Below are positions 41,641 through 52,766 of a stretch of DNA of 64,000 nucleotides, one piece after another. This stretch comes from Trypanosoma brucei (taxonomy: Eukaryota), in contig CP000070.1 in assembly GCA_000002445.1 (NCBI GenBank), positions 288,001 through 352,000 on the forward strand, written 5' to 3'. Within the stretch, counting starts at the first letter, position 1; each line of letters begins with the position of its first letter. The position numbers and the translations under genes were made by a program. The notes beneath the pieces are model-generated. The model made no database searches. It was not told where the DNA came from and worked only from the letters and a program-made list of their open reading frames with translations.

Positions 41641-42627
41641 ATGCAACGCCGCTTGCAGTGTTGTTTAATGCGTGTAGCGCGCTTACATTCGGCAGCATTG
41701 ATGCATAATACAAATGGTTGGCTTATGATATCTTGCAGAACCGTACGCATTACAGAGAGTGAGGCACAGTCGTTGGTACATTTGTCTGAGGCGCTTTTTT
41801 CTGATGAGGCAAATGCTCTGGGAGTATGTCTACCCGATACCAGCCTTAACCTTGACGGAGAAAGTGGGGAAGGGGATTTATATACTGAGACACTCACAAC
41901 AGAGAAGTATATGGATGTGCTCGTTAGTTCACCAACACAAATAGATACGAGGGGAAATGTTTCTGCTTCATCAACGGATCTGATGATGCCGCTTACGCAA
42001 GCGGTGCAAGAACTGAAGTTATGTCAGCAAAGAGAAGATCAGCGAGCCATTTCTGCAGCGCTTTCAACAGCCATGTGTGCGTTGATGGGAAGTAGTTCAT
42101 CTCCTTCCAGTGCTGCTGCAGCTGAGTTATTGTTAGCCGGTGCAGACTTGAAAGCAATCATTTCTGATGGTACTATTCGACATATGTGCATTGAGGATAA
42201 ATGCATGAGTCGATGTGATTTTTCCACTTTGTCACTACTTTCTGTACAGGCAAATCGCGTGGATTTCTCGCGCAGTCTCTTTTATGCTGCTGCCTTCCAT
42301 AATTGTGTGTTTAGGAACTGCTCTTTTGAGGGGTGTGTACTGAAGGAACTCCGATGTTTAGGAGATGTGTGTTTTGATGGATGCTCCTTTTGTTTTGCGA
42401 ACATATCGTTACGTATACCTCATGAGAAACCGAGGCGTATTTCGGTATCTTCGGCTGCCACAGAAGGCGTGGGAAGGTATTCTGCGGAACATGCTGTGAT
42501 ATTTAACCGCTGTGATTTTGACCTCTGTGATTTTGATGGTTGTGATACCCTTCCTGCATCTTGCTTTACGAACTGCACCAATACTCACCTCGCCGCCAAA
42601 TTTTCGTCATGTGTGAGAACATCATAA
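41641..42627 (+). CDS. Cys-rich pentapeptide-repeat-like protein, copy 2 (328 aa; one aa difference from copy 1: H36R)
   Basis: Same as copy 1. Confidence 0.7.
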   Translation: MQRRLQCCLMRVARLHSAALMHNTNGWLMISCRTVRITESEAQSLVHLSEALFSDEANALGVCLPDTSLNLDGESGEGDLYTETLTTEKYMDVLVSSPTQIDTRGNVSASSTDLMMPLTQAVQELKLCQQREDQRAISAALSTAMCALMGSSSSPSSAAAAELLLAGADLKAIISDGTIRHMCIEDKCMSRCDFSTLSLLSVQANRVDFSRSLFYAAAFHNCVFRNCSFEGCVLKELRCLGDVCFDGCSFCFANISLRIPHEKPRRISVSSAATEGVGRYSAEHAVIFNRCDFDLCDFDGCDTLPASCFTNCTNTHLAAKFSSCVRTS

Positions 42628-43745
42628 CTGTTGAAACTGCAAGATGAATGACACGAAATAAAGAAGCTTTCGGCTACTATTGGGTTGCCTTGCGTCTGTT
42701 TATTTGTTTCATTACTTGAACGCTTATGTCTGAAGAAGTGAAGGATGGGGTGGAATGTTAAAATGCAGACTAAAACTTTCCCCACGCGCTTAAATGCATT
42801 CACCATCAAGTGGGATCTGAAGGAATACTTATCATCCCCTTCAATTATTGGTACTCATCCATCAATACATGCAACCCAATCAGGTATTTACTCTCTGCTC
42901 CAAACAACAAGAATCAGTTACGTGCGTCATTGGATTTACACGTCCTCTCCTTTTTTTTTCGTTCGTTTTCAAAATATTCATTTGAATGTGTTTTGACATT
43001 CTTCTGTATCATCATTACACTTTATCTGCAGCGATGAGGATTGGGAAAAGGGAAAATGTACGAATGGCCGTGCGACTTGCTTCTTTCAGTTCCTTTAACC
43101 TTATTGAGTTTCCTTCATTGCTGTGTCGTGCTGTACACAACACTTTGTGTGCTGGTTGGAATTATGTGGGGATGTTTTTTTTTTTTGCATTTCCCTCTCC
43201 ACACAGTAAGCCCCTCATCATCATTTTCACATTTCTCATCAATCAACATTATAAATACCTGCCCATTGGGTTGTCTGTTACGTGATATGCGTGTAAAATA
43301 TTCTGGTTCCTTCCTTTCGCATGTTTCTGTGGATACTCGAATGTACATATATTTTTTCCTAATCATTTTCCATGCTATTTCTTCCCTATCACTCTCATGG
43401 GAAAGTTTGTTTGTCCTGTACTTACGAAACCAAGCGCAAGTACATTAGTGTCATACCAATCAGAAAGGTTCGCAGTATTATTCTTATTCTTATTGTGCCC
43501 GTGATATTTATATATATTTATATATATACGTACATATATACACCTTTCTATTATTCTAGGTTGGTGCCTTTTTAAAAGTCTTCCCATTAGTTTTTTTTGT
43601 GAACATATCCCTATTACTAGCACTGCCACTGTTACTGTTTGGCTCCTTCTTTGAGTGAGCGCCTGCATCCATTTAAGTGTATATTTATTATTTTTTCGGA
43701 AACCACAACCAATTGAACGACTACTAAAGGCAAACCAAACAAAAG

Positions 43746-44447
43746 ATGATGGAAAGTATGAACCTTGAACAACCACCACGACTAAACGCCGACCCCTGGC
43801 GAGATATGGAGCCAAAGGTGGATGCAATGCTAGGCGATCTACTCATGATATCTGAGCGTTTCCGAAGGATCGTAAATCCGACAGTGTCTGATGCAGATGA
43901 ATTAATTGAAGCCATCAACTCTGTGGGTGGAGAAGTTGAGACGATGCGGGTCGCTTTAGACACTACGATTGAGCGGCCGGAACTCTTTTCTGTAGATGCG
44001 GAAGAATTGAAAAGACGCACGGAGAAAACTCGCTCGTGGGAGCGCGATGTTGCGAAAGCCATCGAGTTGCGATCAAAGATATTATCAAACCGTGAAGGGC
44101 AAATACAGGATCCACTTGAGAGTAACGTAATGACACCAAATACATGGGTTGATTTGGACACAACTCATATCCATCCATCAGCTCAGTCGTCGCATATGCC
44201 AATGAATAGTTGTGAAGCGACTACTGACACATCTGTTGGTGTTGTTGAGTCTCAAGCTCTTATGCCAGTTGGAATACCCATACGTGAGCAAACAGTGAAG
44301 GCATCCGAATACTCAACCGCAAGTGTCGAGGTGCATACAGTGGATGATGTGGATGATAGTAGGAGCTCTAATTCTGCTAAGAAGACGGTCTTGATTATAT
44401 TTTTTGCATCGTCTCTTCTTGTGGCTATACTGGTGATTTTCTTTTGA
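43746..44447 (+). CDS. tail-anchored membrane protein, copy 2 (233 aa; divergent C-terminal 28 residues)
   Basis: Identical to copy 1 up to …TVDDVDD, then SRSSNSAKKTVLIIFFASSLLVAILVIFF versus PNNEGSLLKYVLVILLVSSILVAISLIFF. Same length. Confidence 0.65.
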   Translation: MMESMNLEQPPRLNADPWRDMEPKVDAMLGDLLMISERFRRIVNPTVSDADELIEAINSVGGEVETMRVALDTTIERPELFSVDAEELKRRTEKTRSWERDVAKAIELRSKILSNREGQIQDPLESNVMTPNTWVDLDTTHIHPSAQSSHMPMNSCEATTDTSVGVVESQALMPVGIPIREQTVKASEYSTASVEVHTVDDVDDSRSSNSAKKTVLIIFFASSLLVAILVIFF

Positions 44448-44505
44448 TTTTTTGATACTGAACCTTATCCGCTCTAATTGTTTCTTTCTGTTCGCTTGTT
44501 GTTAC

Positions 44506-44528
44506 TATATATATATATATATATATAT
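44506..44528. repeat. (TA)11-12 microsatellite just 3' of duplication copy 2
   Basis: Direct read. Confidence 0.9.
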
Positions 44529-45217
44529 GTTCTTTTAATTGATAATGAGTTAGCTCTTATGGGTTGAAAGTAGAGTGAAGTTGTGGTATTGTTAACTCCT
44601 GTCGAGTCCATTTTGTTGTTGCTTCTTGTTGAGCACCACCTATTTGTTTTTCTTTGGTCCACTCATCGTTTGTTCATTATGACGAGCAGCAGGTACTGTA
44701 ATTAGATCGAATGGGTGACTTTTTTTTTGTTGTTGTCGCTTTTTTTTTTCTGTTTATATTTTTTTTCGGCCTCCTTTTTGTAGTTTACCTCATTAGCGTT
44801 TGTCAGATTGTCATTCGAACGTGCGAACGAACAGTCACCGTCATTAACGTGCTTTTTTATTAATTATTTAAGCGTTTTTTTCATTTTTATATGTTTGTAT
44901 GATGTTGTTGTACGCGGGCACACGTGGTTGCATTGCCATCTGCCGTATGGGTGTTGTTGATTCATTACTTGGATTCACAGGTGGACTTATTATACGGATT
45001 CCGTAAACTTTGTTTTATTCTCTGAGCGAGCTGTTATAAATATTTATTATACTTTCACTTCGCCTTCCTCCTGTAGTTATCTTTTTTTAAAAAAAGATTA
45101 AGAAGTAGGAATAGGGGCAAATAATCAGATACTCCCTTCTCGCCTCTCCTGACGGCAGCGCGGTGATAGCACGGGTGTAGAAAATAGTATTTTTTTTTTC
45201 TGTTACGAGGGGAACTG

Positions 45218-45946
45218 ATGTTTGGACGTGGTTGCATGCTCACTTTTATTAGCACGGCTCTGTTGCTTCTTGGGGTCGGAGATGCGGCGGATGTTAAAGA
45301 CGGGCAAGGGAGTGTACAAACAACCAGTGATGACGTGTCGTATTATGGCCGTTTGAAGCTGCACCCAACCCTTGTCAATAATCCTGACTTCCACAACCCG
45401 CTGTGGCATGTTCAGGGAGGGGAGGTGATTCTAAGCAATGCTCAGCACTCATTTCGTGTGCCGACGCAAGTGGATGGTTCTTTTGTTGTACATGGTGTCC
45501 CTTACGGAAGTTACTACCTCCATGCGGAATATAGTGATCACATCTACCCAACCATTCGCGTTGATGTAACTCAGAAGACTTCCCATGGGTTAGTACGACC
45601 ACTTATACGAACTTATGCAAACGAGGCGATACTCCAGCAATTACAAGGAACCGGTTTAGACGAATCGGCACCAGCAACCATTCCTTTTGTTGGAATTCAC
45701 AACTATTTTGTGCCTCGTGAAGAGTACACTGTGTGGGGTTTACTGACAAATCCAATGATCATGATGATGCTAGTCTCTATGGCATTGATTGGGATGATGA
45801 ATTTGGTGCCAGAGGAGGAACGAAGAGAGTCCATGCGGGAGTTCCAGAACCTACGTAAGCAGTTTTCTGGTGGAGGTGCTGACGAGATTAAGCAACCGGC
45901 AAGGCGTGCGGTCACTGCGGCGGGACACGAGAGGAAGCACAAGTGA
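45218..45946 (+). CDS. ER membrane protein complex subunit 7 (EMC7)-like
   Basis: Signal-peptide-like N-terminus. [33 protein letters not shown] parallels human EMC7 [58 protein letters not shown] parallels [26 protein letters not shown]. Single TM and basic tail. Confidence 0.7.
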   Translation: [242 protein letters not shown]

Positions 45947-46735
45947 GTGTTAAACATCTTTTCTGTTTTTTTTTTTCGCTCCATATTTTCCATTGTTGTT
46001 GGTAGTTATGATAGTGGAATTTGTGGTTGGGTAGTGGGTAAGGGAACCGAAAAGAAAGAATGGAAACATTGAGGGGGTTTCTTTTTACACTCTTTTCCAC
46101 ATTTTCCCTCTGCTGCCATGCAGCTGCCGTCTTCCTCCTCCTCCTCCCAGATAACGTTAAAATAGGAAGGAAGGAAGGAAGGGGGCAAACAAGCAAGAAG
46201 AAGGCAGAGGTTGGGGGATAAAATAGAAGAACTCATAACTTTGTATCGCCTCACCTTTACCTGTACCTCTCGATCACAGACAAGCATATGCACTCATCCC
46301 TTAATTCACATACACGCACTTTCACACGGTGGACGTGAGCGCTGCCGGTGAATTAAGGTGGGAAGCGGAGAGTTGATATTCGAGTATGTTGTTTCTTTGT
46401 TTCGGGATTCTGCACACGGGCCGCCTCATTTGTGACAAATTGCGCTTTCAATTCATGCATCCCTCTTTGTTTTAATTTCCAATTATAATGGCAATTCGGC
46501 TCGTTTAACAAGGAAAATATAACCCCACCCATAAGGTAATATATACTCATCAGAGGAAACAACACAAGGTAATAAATTATAACTTCCGAACGAGGGCACC
46601 GCTGTGGCTATTCTTGTAATCAGCAGAGTGTGAGATAAGTGAGTCAACTTTTCAAGAAAGAAGGAAACGGAGGTACACAAACCAACTTTTTTTGTTTGGA
46701 ATAAAAGTAGAGGAACTCAAAAAGAGGTAACATAA

Positions 46736-47869
46736 ATGACCCCGTTTTCATGTCGCAAAACCAGCCTGTTGAAAGCCATTTGCATCTTTGCTTATTTTGC
46801 ATCTGCAGCGCATGCTAACGAACCGGATGCGGCGCTGGAGGGTGTTGTAGACCTCACCAGCAATAACTTTGACAGTAGTGTGGGAAAGGACGTGGCAGCG
46901 CTGGTGGAGTTTTACGCGCCATGGTGTGGACACTGCAAAAACCTCGTACCGGAGTTTGCCAAACTCGGCCGCGCCGCCGCTGGGGCCAAGGATAAAGTTC
47001 TCATTGCTAAAGTGGATGCCACAGCCCAAAAGGACCTCGCAACTCGCTTTGAGGTGAATGGGTACCCAACCATTCTCTTCTTTCCTGCTGGCTCGCAGAA
47101 GCCGGAGAAATACAGCGAGGGTCGCGAGGCGAAGGCGTTTGTTTCGTACCTTAACAACCAAATAAAGGGCTTGAACCTTTTTCTTCCCCGTGAACACAAG
47201 TACGTGATGGCGCTGGACCAATCCAACTTTGACAAAGTGGCACTGGACGAAGGGAAAGATGCGTTTGTTTTATTTTACGCCCCCTGGTGTGGACACTGCA
47301 AGCGCCTCCATCCCTCGTTTGAGAGTCTCGCGAAGGTGTACCAAAACGAAAAGGACCTCATCATTGCTAATGTCGACGCTGATGACAAGAGCAACTCTGA
47401 GGTGACGAAGCGCTATAAGGTGGAGGGCTACCCCACTCTCGTTTTCTTTCCAAAAGGAAATAAGGGCAACCCGGTGAACTATGAGGAGGGACGAACCTTG
47501 GACGATATGATCAAGTTCGTCAATGAGAGAACGGGGAAAAAACGCACCAGCAGCGGTGATTTTGACAAAACTGTTGGTGTCGATGAAACCGTCACGAACC
47601 TCATGAAGGAGATGGCACAGTCAAGCAAGAACAAGGAGGAGAGGGAACGCCTCCTCGCGCAGATTCAGCAAGCCGTCTCCCCCAAAGCTCTAGGCGAGGG
47701 TGCCATGCACTACATCCGTATTGCTACTAATGTCCTTGAGAATGGTCATGAGTATATTAGCAAGGAACACGAGCGTGTCGGCCGTCTTCTGAAGGGAAGT
47801 CTGACAGGTCCGAAGAGGGATTCGTTGACGATCCGATTCAACATTCTTTCGGCAATCAAAGGTGAGTAA
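46736..47869 (+). CDS. protein disulfide isomerase, ERp38/PDI-D type (two thioredoxin domains plus ERp29-like C-terminal domain)
   Basis: Signal peptide. Two WCGHCK active sites (FYAPWCGHCKNL, FYAPWCGHCKRL). C-terminal helical D-domain. No KDEL-like C-terminus (…SAIKGE). Confidence 0.85.
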   Translation: MTPFSCRKTSLLKAICIFAYFASAAHANEPDAALEGVVDLTSNNFDSSVGKDVAALVEFYAPWCGHCKNLVPEFAKLGRAAAGAKDKVLIAKVDATAQKDLATRFEVNGYPTILFFPAGSQKPEKYSEGREAKAFVSYLNNQIKGLNLFLPREHKYVMALDQSNFDKVALDEGKDAFVLFYAPWCGHCKRLHPSFESLAKVYQNEKDLIIANVDADDKSNSEVTKRYKVEGYPTLVFFPKGNKGNPVNYEEGRTLDDMIKFVNERTGKKRTSSGDFDKTVGVDETVTNLMKEMAQSSKNKEERERLLAQIQQAVSPKALGEGAMHYIRIATNVLENGHEYISKEHERVGRLLKGSLTGPKRDSLTIRFNILSAIKGE

Positions 47870-48722
47870 ATATATGTTTTGCGGATGCCAAACTGCCGAG
47901 TACGCGCATTATTCGAAGATCGATGTTACAAGCAATGAGGTGGCGAGGCACTTGGTTTGGGGTGTTTTCACCGTTGCAGGGGACATTTTTAACCGCTGCA
48001 TGTGATGTCTCATTGTGCACGCACAAACTGGACTGAAAAAGCCTTTTCGTTCTTCACCTTTTTGTTTTTTTTTTAAATGGCCTGCAAGACAACATATGAA
48101 AACAACCCGAGAAAAAAAAATATAAAGGTTTCATGGAAAGAAGTACATAAGAGGAAAGAGAAAGGTGTATGAAGGAAAAAGGCTAGAGGAGGAAAATGGA
48201 GTGACGGAAAGATAAAACTAAAAGGGGGAAACGGCGCGAGAACAAAGCAAAGAGAGAGAGGGGGGTTAAGGGAAAGTAAAGATGCTTTTGTGACGAAGCT
48301 GAGTAATTTTTTTTAAAAAAAAGTCTGGTGGTGGTGTCTGTGTCTTGAAATATCTCAATCAGTACTATCCACTTGAGGGGAGCTATGGAAAGTTCGATCC
48401 ATCACCACATAAACCTTCTAGAAGCGTACGGGCTCCAACGGTATCTTTCTTTTCCCTTTATTTAATTCTGTTCACCAACTCCGTCTCATTTCTCGTGATG
48501 CGGCGTATATATATATATGTATTTGTGGACAAATCGTGAAGCCCCTTCACATACGCAAGCAAATACACACGCGCACACGCTGGGGGACAGAGCAACCCCA
48601 GGCTTAGAGGTGGCGATATCAAATAAGAGAAAGTGATAGTTCATCAACAACCAGTCAAGAAGGAACCCGTGGGATAGAAGACAACTTCAATACATATTTA
48701 AGAGTGAGCACAGTGGGCAGCC

Positions 48723-51700
48723 ATGGAGTCAAAACGCTTTTCGGTGGGGTCCGAAACTCAGCTTCCGCTAAGGTTCCGGCGCAGTTACACCAGTGACGCA
48801 GCCGGCATTGCCCAATTGAGAAAAATCGCGAGCGTCGCGCAATGTATCCCGCCCACCGCAATGTACCCGTGGAAAACGGAGTCAGAATTCACGACGCTCA
48901 TTGAACAATCCGTGATATCTATTACAGCGATATCTACAGTAATTGACAAGCCTGTCGGGTTCATTTGTCTTGACGACACACCGCACACAACGTTGATACC
49001 TGGAGACAGCTGGGAGGTTCTACTAGATGATAGTGACGGAGATTGTGATAAGCCCCTATCAATCTTTCCGTGCAACACCCTATGGGTGAAGGCAGTTCTC
49101 GTTCCTACATCTACTGCCCTTATGTCAGACTCTACAAATATGACGAAAGAGGATTTAGACTTACAAAGAAAGCTGCTACTTTTCGGCTATTCTTCGGAGG
49201 CGCTTCTTCAGCGTTTTCTCCATATTGCGTTAGACAACCTTCCTTCAATCGAGCACCTGTTGGTTCCCTGCCCAATGGGGCAAACTTACCGCGTGTTTGA
49301 AAACATCGGCTTCCGCCCCAGGCCTCTGCAACCCTCATCCTTCAACGGAACCGTACTTCATATCAAATCCGTCAGTATTGTGCCGCAGTTGCTTTTGCGA
49401 CTTGGTATCGTAGAGGACTATGACGATTTTGTGGTTAGGATTCTCGGTGGTGACGGCCTCATCACATCTTTGCCGGAGGAGTTTTATCTTGACGAGCTGT
49501 TAAAAGACCAGAATAGCAACAACAAGGTGATTGTCGCCGAGGACGCCGTGACGCACCGTGTCGCCGGAATTATGTGCCTTGAGGCCTCCATCGAGGATCA
49601 GCAAATGATATCACGACAGTACTACACCGAGTTGTACGGAAAGCTTCGCCCTATGCGAGGGCAACGCAACGCCTCGAAAGGTGCGGTCACTTCCAATATG
49701 GTGAGGATTAAGTTTTTCTACATTGACCCGGCGTACGCGCTGCGGGCTAAGAGTTTCTTGCCGGTCATATACAAGGAGTTTCCGTTCGTTGAGTACGTTA
49801 TTATTACTCTGCCGTACGACACCGAAAAGCCGCCGTTCCTTGGGGACTTTGATCATATCCCACTTCGCAAATATTACCCCAGGAACTCTGAAGGTTATCT
49901 GATACCGCCGCCCGATGGCCTCTGGATCAACTGCAGGTACGCGGCGGATCCAGTGGTCGCTACACCTGTGCGCAGTGAAAAAGACATAACATCCATCAAT
50001 GTCTTCTTGGATGAGCCACACATGGAATTTTCTCAACATCAAATCACTTTGTTGAGGGAGGATATACAACGCCTGCGGAGCGGTAGGGAAACCCCTGAGG
50101 ATGTCGAAGAGTCGAACATCAACAGCTTTGTCTTTTCCTTTGTCACGTACACAGAGAATGTAGGGAGTGAGAAACAGTTACCTATTGTCGTTGGCGTTGC
50201 CTCCGCGCGGAAAATTTCAGTTAATGAAATGTATAGTTTACGTGCAAACTATGACCTCGACAAGCTAGTAAACTACTACTCGAAGGCCCCTCGGGACTAC
50301 AGCGAAACAGACGTAACGCTCAGTTCTGAGGAGGGACGGCGAAAGTTCTTCAGGAACGAGGTGAGAGGTTTGCTCGTTCGCAGTTTCTACGTGAGGCCTG
50401 TGTATCGTAGTCGTATTTCCTTCTTGATGAGGGAATTGTTGCGACACACAGACTGTGAGTTGGCATTATTGCTAGAAGATAATGCCAGTTCACCCTTCAC
50501 CACCTTGTTGCATCAGTTACTGCGCATCCAACCTCGACGAGTGGTGGAGAAACCTCGCCCTCCGGCAAGCGAACCGGTATTCACACCAAGAAGCCCAGAA
50601 AGGATACCAAGTAAGGATGTCTCACCCCTTGGTTGCCTTTTTGCCGCCACGCGTAGAACTCTTGGGGACCGCAAAAAACTGGTACATACACGCATTATTG
50701 TCGTGGGCGCCGGCTCCACTGGTCTGACGTTTCTTTATCGTCTTCTTACCGTGCCGTACATTTGTTTCACTAACCTGGTGCTTATCTCTACTGATGGCAT
50801 GCCGGAGCATCCTAACCAACAGCAGAACCTCTGGAGCACCGATCGGATGGAACTACTTGAACGAGAACATATGGGACTCACAGTGGGGAACCCTATTCGC
50901 GTTATCCACGGCTCTATGGTCGATATTGAAACTGCCCAGCGTTATGTTGTCGTTGACGACAGCACTTATGAGCCGTATGACTATGTTATTCTCACAACGG
51001 GTAGGCAATTTGGCGTGCCTCTTTCCATAAGTAGCCTTCAACAACCAGTGCAGCAGCGGCAGCAGTTGTCACGGACGAGCACACCTCCTGGTGTTCTGCC
51101 GATCTCTGGTTCGGCTTCTGTAGAAAGGTTGCAGCGGACCCTGTATGAATTGGACCGTAACCCAGAAAATGTCAGCAACATTGTGGTGTACGGCTCCGGT
51201 CTAGACGCCTTTGCTATTGCCACATCCATCATCAACCTCGGTTTCTCACCGCAACGTATGGTGTTGGTGAGTCCGGATGTAACAAATCCATTCGTTGACA
51301 AGGACGCCTTTGAATGTGTTGTGAGAATGTGGAGTGCATTGGGGGCGAATACGATGCATGGGTACAAGATCAGTCGCACAGAATACGATGATGATGGTAC
51401 CACATTAACAACCGTCGTTCTTTCACCCGTGCCCGCATTAGCCGCTCCGGCTGGTCCTGGGACCGATTCCAATGCCCGAAGTTCTGTTGAGATCAACTGC
51501 AGCCTTATCGTCTGCTGTGAGGATAAGGATATTGACAGTAATGTACTTTCCACACTGAACAGGCGCTCGATTGTGTTCGACGGTCGCGTCACGGTTGAGT
51601 CCAACTACCTCACGACGAACCCGTGCGTATACGCAACAGGGCCTGTTGCAATGTTCACACGGCGGTACGGCACGACGACCAGTTTCGATGAATTCAACGC

Positions 51701-52766
51701 GAGGGACGTGGGAACAAACTTGGCGGAGGTTATACTTGGTACGCTTGGGTTCGAGGAGTTTGCTACGCCAAACCTTCAGTCGTGCACAGATAAGGAGAAC
51801 GAATTGCTTGCAGCGCATAATGAACTGTACAGTAAAGTCCTCGATGAGAACGGTAGTCGCAACGCAAATTATGGTGTCGACCTTAATTCTCTGTCGGCGG
51901 AAAAGGATGCCCATGAGATTGCAAAGCAAAACCAACTTAAGCAACAGCAGAAACTCCCAGTGTATACCACGCCCGTTGCGAGCCGAATTCGTCTTCCTGG
52001 GAAGTACGTTTTCTTCAGTACTATGCGCATATTTTTTGACCCCGCGCAGTGCACGCGATTGTACTATTCCTGTATAGAAGACAACAAACCTTATGTAGAT
52101 GACATAACAGCCTCTTATCAAGTGGCAACACCTGCCGACAGGGGCTCAATATATAAAGACGTGGAGCAGGACCTTCTTGTAATTTACTTGAACAAACACA
52201 CGCGACTCATTGATGCTGTGGTGTACTTTGGTAATGGCAGTCCTGAGACGCACAACTATATGTGCCTGATTGGTTTGCCTCACTCCTTGTTGAACCTCAT
52301 CTTTCGCTATAATGAAGCCCGCACGGACTTGCTGGAAAGCGATGATTGCGGCTCCAACAGCAGTATGAGCGGGAGTAAGAGCACCGCAAGCAACAAAATA
52401 GATATTGTTGCTCAAGAAAGCACTCTAAATCTCATGGAATATCTTCGGTCACCAAGGTTGCAGGTTGTCTTTTACGATCGGTTCGTGGAGTTCTACGAAA
52501 ACCTCCGTAAGAAGATGCAAGAGCATGAGGATGTGATGAAAATGAAGCAGAGTGCACTCCAGAGAATGGAAGTGACACCACGTATTAGCGCTAAAAACCG
52601 TGCGATATATCTAGAAAAACTGACGGAGATGCAAAAAGACTTTGCACGGAGGGTTCAGTACGAGCTCATCAAATTCCTCCACGAAAGCAAAGAGTACCTG
52701 CCACAGATCATGTACCTGCCAGACATTACGGAGCATGTGGAAAAAAATGAGGGTCGACAGGAGTGA
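48723..52766 (+). CDS. large hypothetical protein (1347 aa) with central dinucleotide-binding Rossmann motif; possibly CFAP61-like
   Basis: TRIIVVGAGSTGLTFLYRLL is a GxGxxG beta-alpha-beta motif, with a second VVYGSGLDAFAIATSII motif about 190 aa later. This is the two-dinucleotide-fold arrangement of FAD/NAD(P) oxidoreductase-like domains. The N-terminal about 600 aa is not assignable. The CFAP61 suggestion rests only on remembered domain architecture. Confidence 0.6.
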   Translation: MESKRFSVGSETQLPLRFRRSYTSDAAGIAQLRKIASVAQCIPPTAMYPWKTESEFTTLIEQSVISITAISTVIDKPVGFICLDDTPHTTLIPGDSWEVLLDDSDGDCDKPLSIFPCNTLWVKAVLVPTSTALMSDSTNMTKEDLDLQRKLLLFGYSSEALLQRFLHIALDNLPSIEHLLVPCPMGQTYRVFENIGFRPRPLQPSSFNGTVLHIKSVSIVPQLLLRLGIVEDYDDFVVRILGGDGLITSLPEEFYLDELLKDQNSNNKVIVAEDAVTHRVAGIMCLEASIEDQQMISRQYYTELYGKLRPMRGQRNASKGAVTSNMVRIKFFYIDPAYALRAKSFLPVIYKEFPFVEYVIITLPYDTEKPPFLGDFDHIPLRKYYPRNSEGYLIPPPDGLWINCRYAADPVVATPVRSEKDITSINVFLDEPHMEFSQHQITLLREDIQRLRSGRETPEDVEESNINSFVFSFVTYTENVGSEKQLPIVVGVASARKISVNEMYSLRANYDLDKLVNYYSKAPRDYSETDVTLSSEEGRRKFFRNEVRGLLVRSFYVRPVYRSRISFLMRELLRHTDCELALLLEDNASSPFTTLLHQLLRIQPRRVVEKPRPPASEPVFTPRSPERIPSKDVSPLGCLFAATRRTLGDRKKLVHTRIIVVGAGSTGLTFLYRLLTVPYICFTNLVLISTDGMPEHPNQQQNLWSTDRMELLEREHMGLTVGNPIRVIHGSMVDIETAQRYVVVDDSTYEPYDYVILTTGRQFGVPLSISSLQQPVQQRQQLSRTSTPPGVLPISGSASVERLQRTLYELDRNPENVSNIVVYGSGLDAFAIATSIINLGFSPQRMVLVSPDVTNPFVDKDAFECVVRMWSALGANTMHGYKISRTEYDDDGTTLTTVVLSPVPALAAPAGPGTDSNARSSVEINCSLIVCCEDKDIDSNVLSTLNRRSIVFDGRVTVESNYLTTNPCVYATGPVAMFTRRYGTTTSFDEFNARDVGTNLAEVILGTLGFEEFATPNLQSCTDKENELLAAHNELYSKVLDENGSRNANYGVDLNSLSAEKDAHEIAKQNQLKQQQKLPVYTTPVASRIRLPGKYVFFSTMRIFFDPAQCTRLYYSCIEDNKPYVDDITASYQVATPADRGSIYKDVEQDLLVIYLNKHTRLIDAVVYFGNGSPETHNYMCLIGLPHSLLNLIFRYNEARTDLLESDDCGSNSSMSGSKSTASNKIDIVAQESTLNLMEYLRSPRLQVVFYDRFVEFYENLRKKMQEHEDVMKMKQSALQRMEVTPRISAKNRAIYLEKLTEMQKDFARRVQYELIKFLHESKEYLPQIMYLPDITEHVEKNEGRQE

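Larger units (their letters stand above)
41185..44487 (+). repeat. tandem duplication unit, copy 2
   Basis: See copy 1. Identity is very high except for a roughly 90-bp substitution patch at the 3' end of the second gene. Confidence 0.92.

Noticed and set aside
51038-52121. Two overlapping minus-strand ORFs of 188 and 227 aa
   Set aside because: Both are inside and antisense to the 4 kb + strand ORF 48723..52766.
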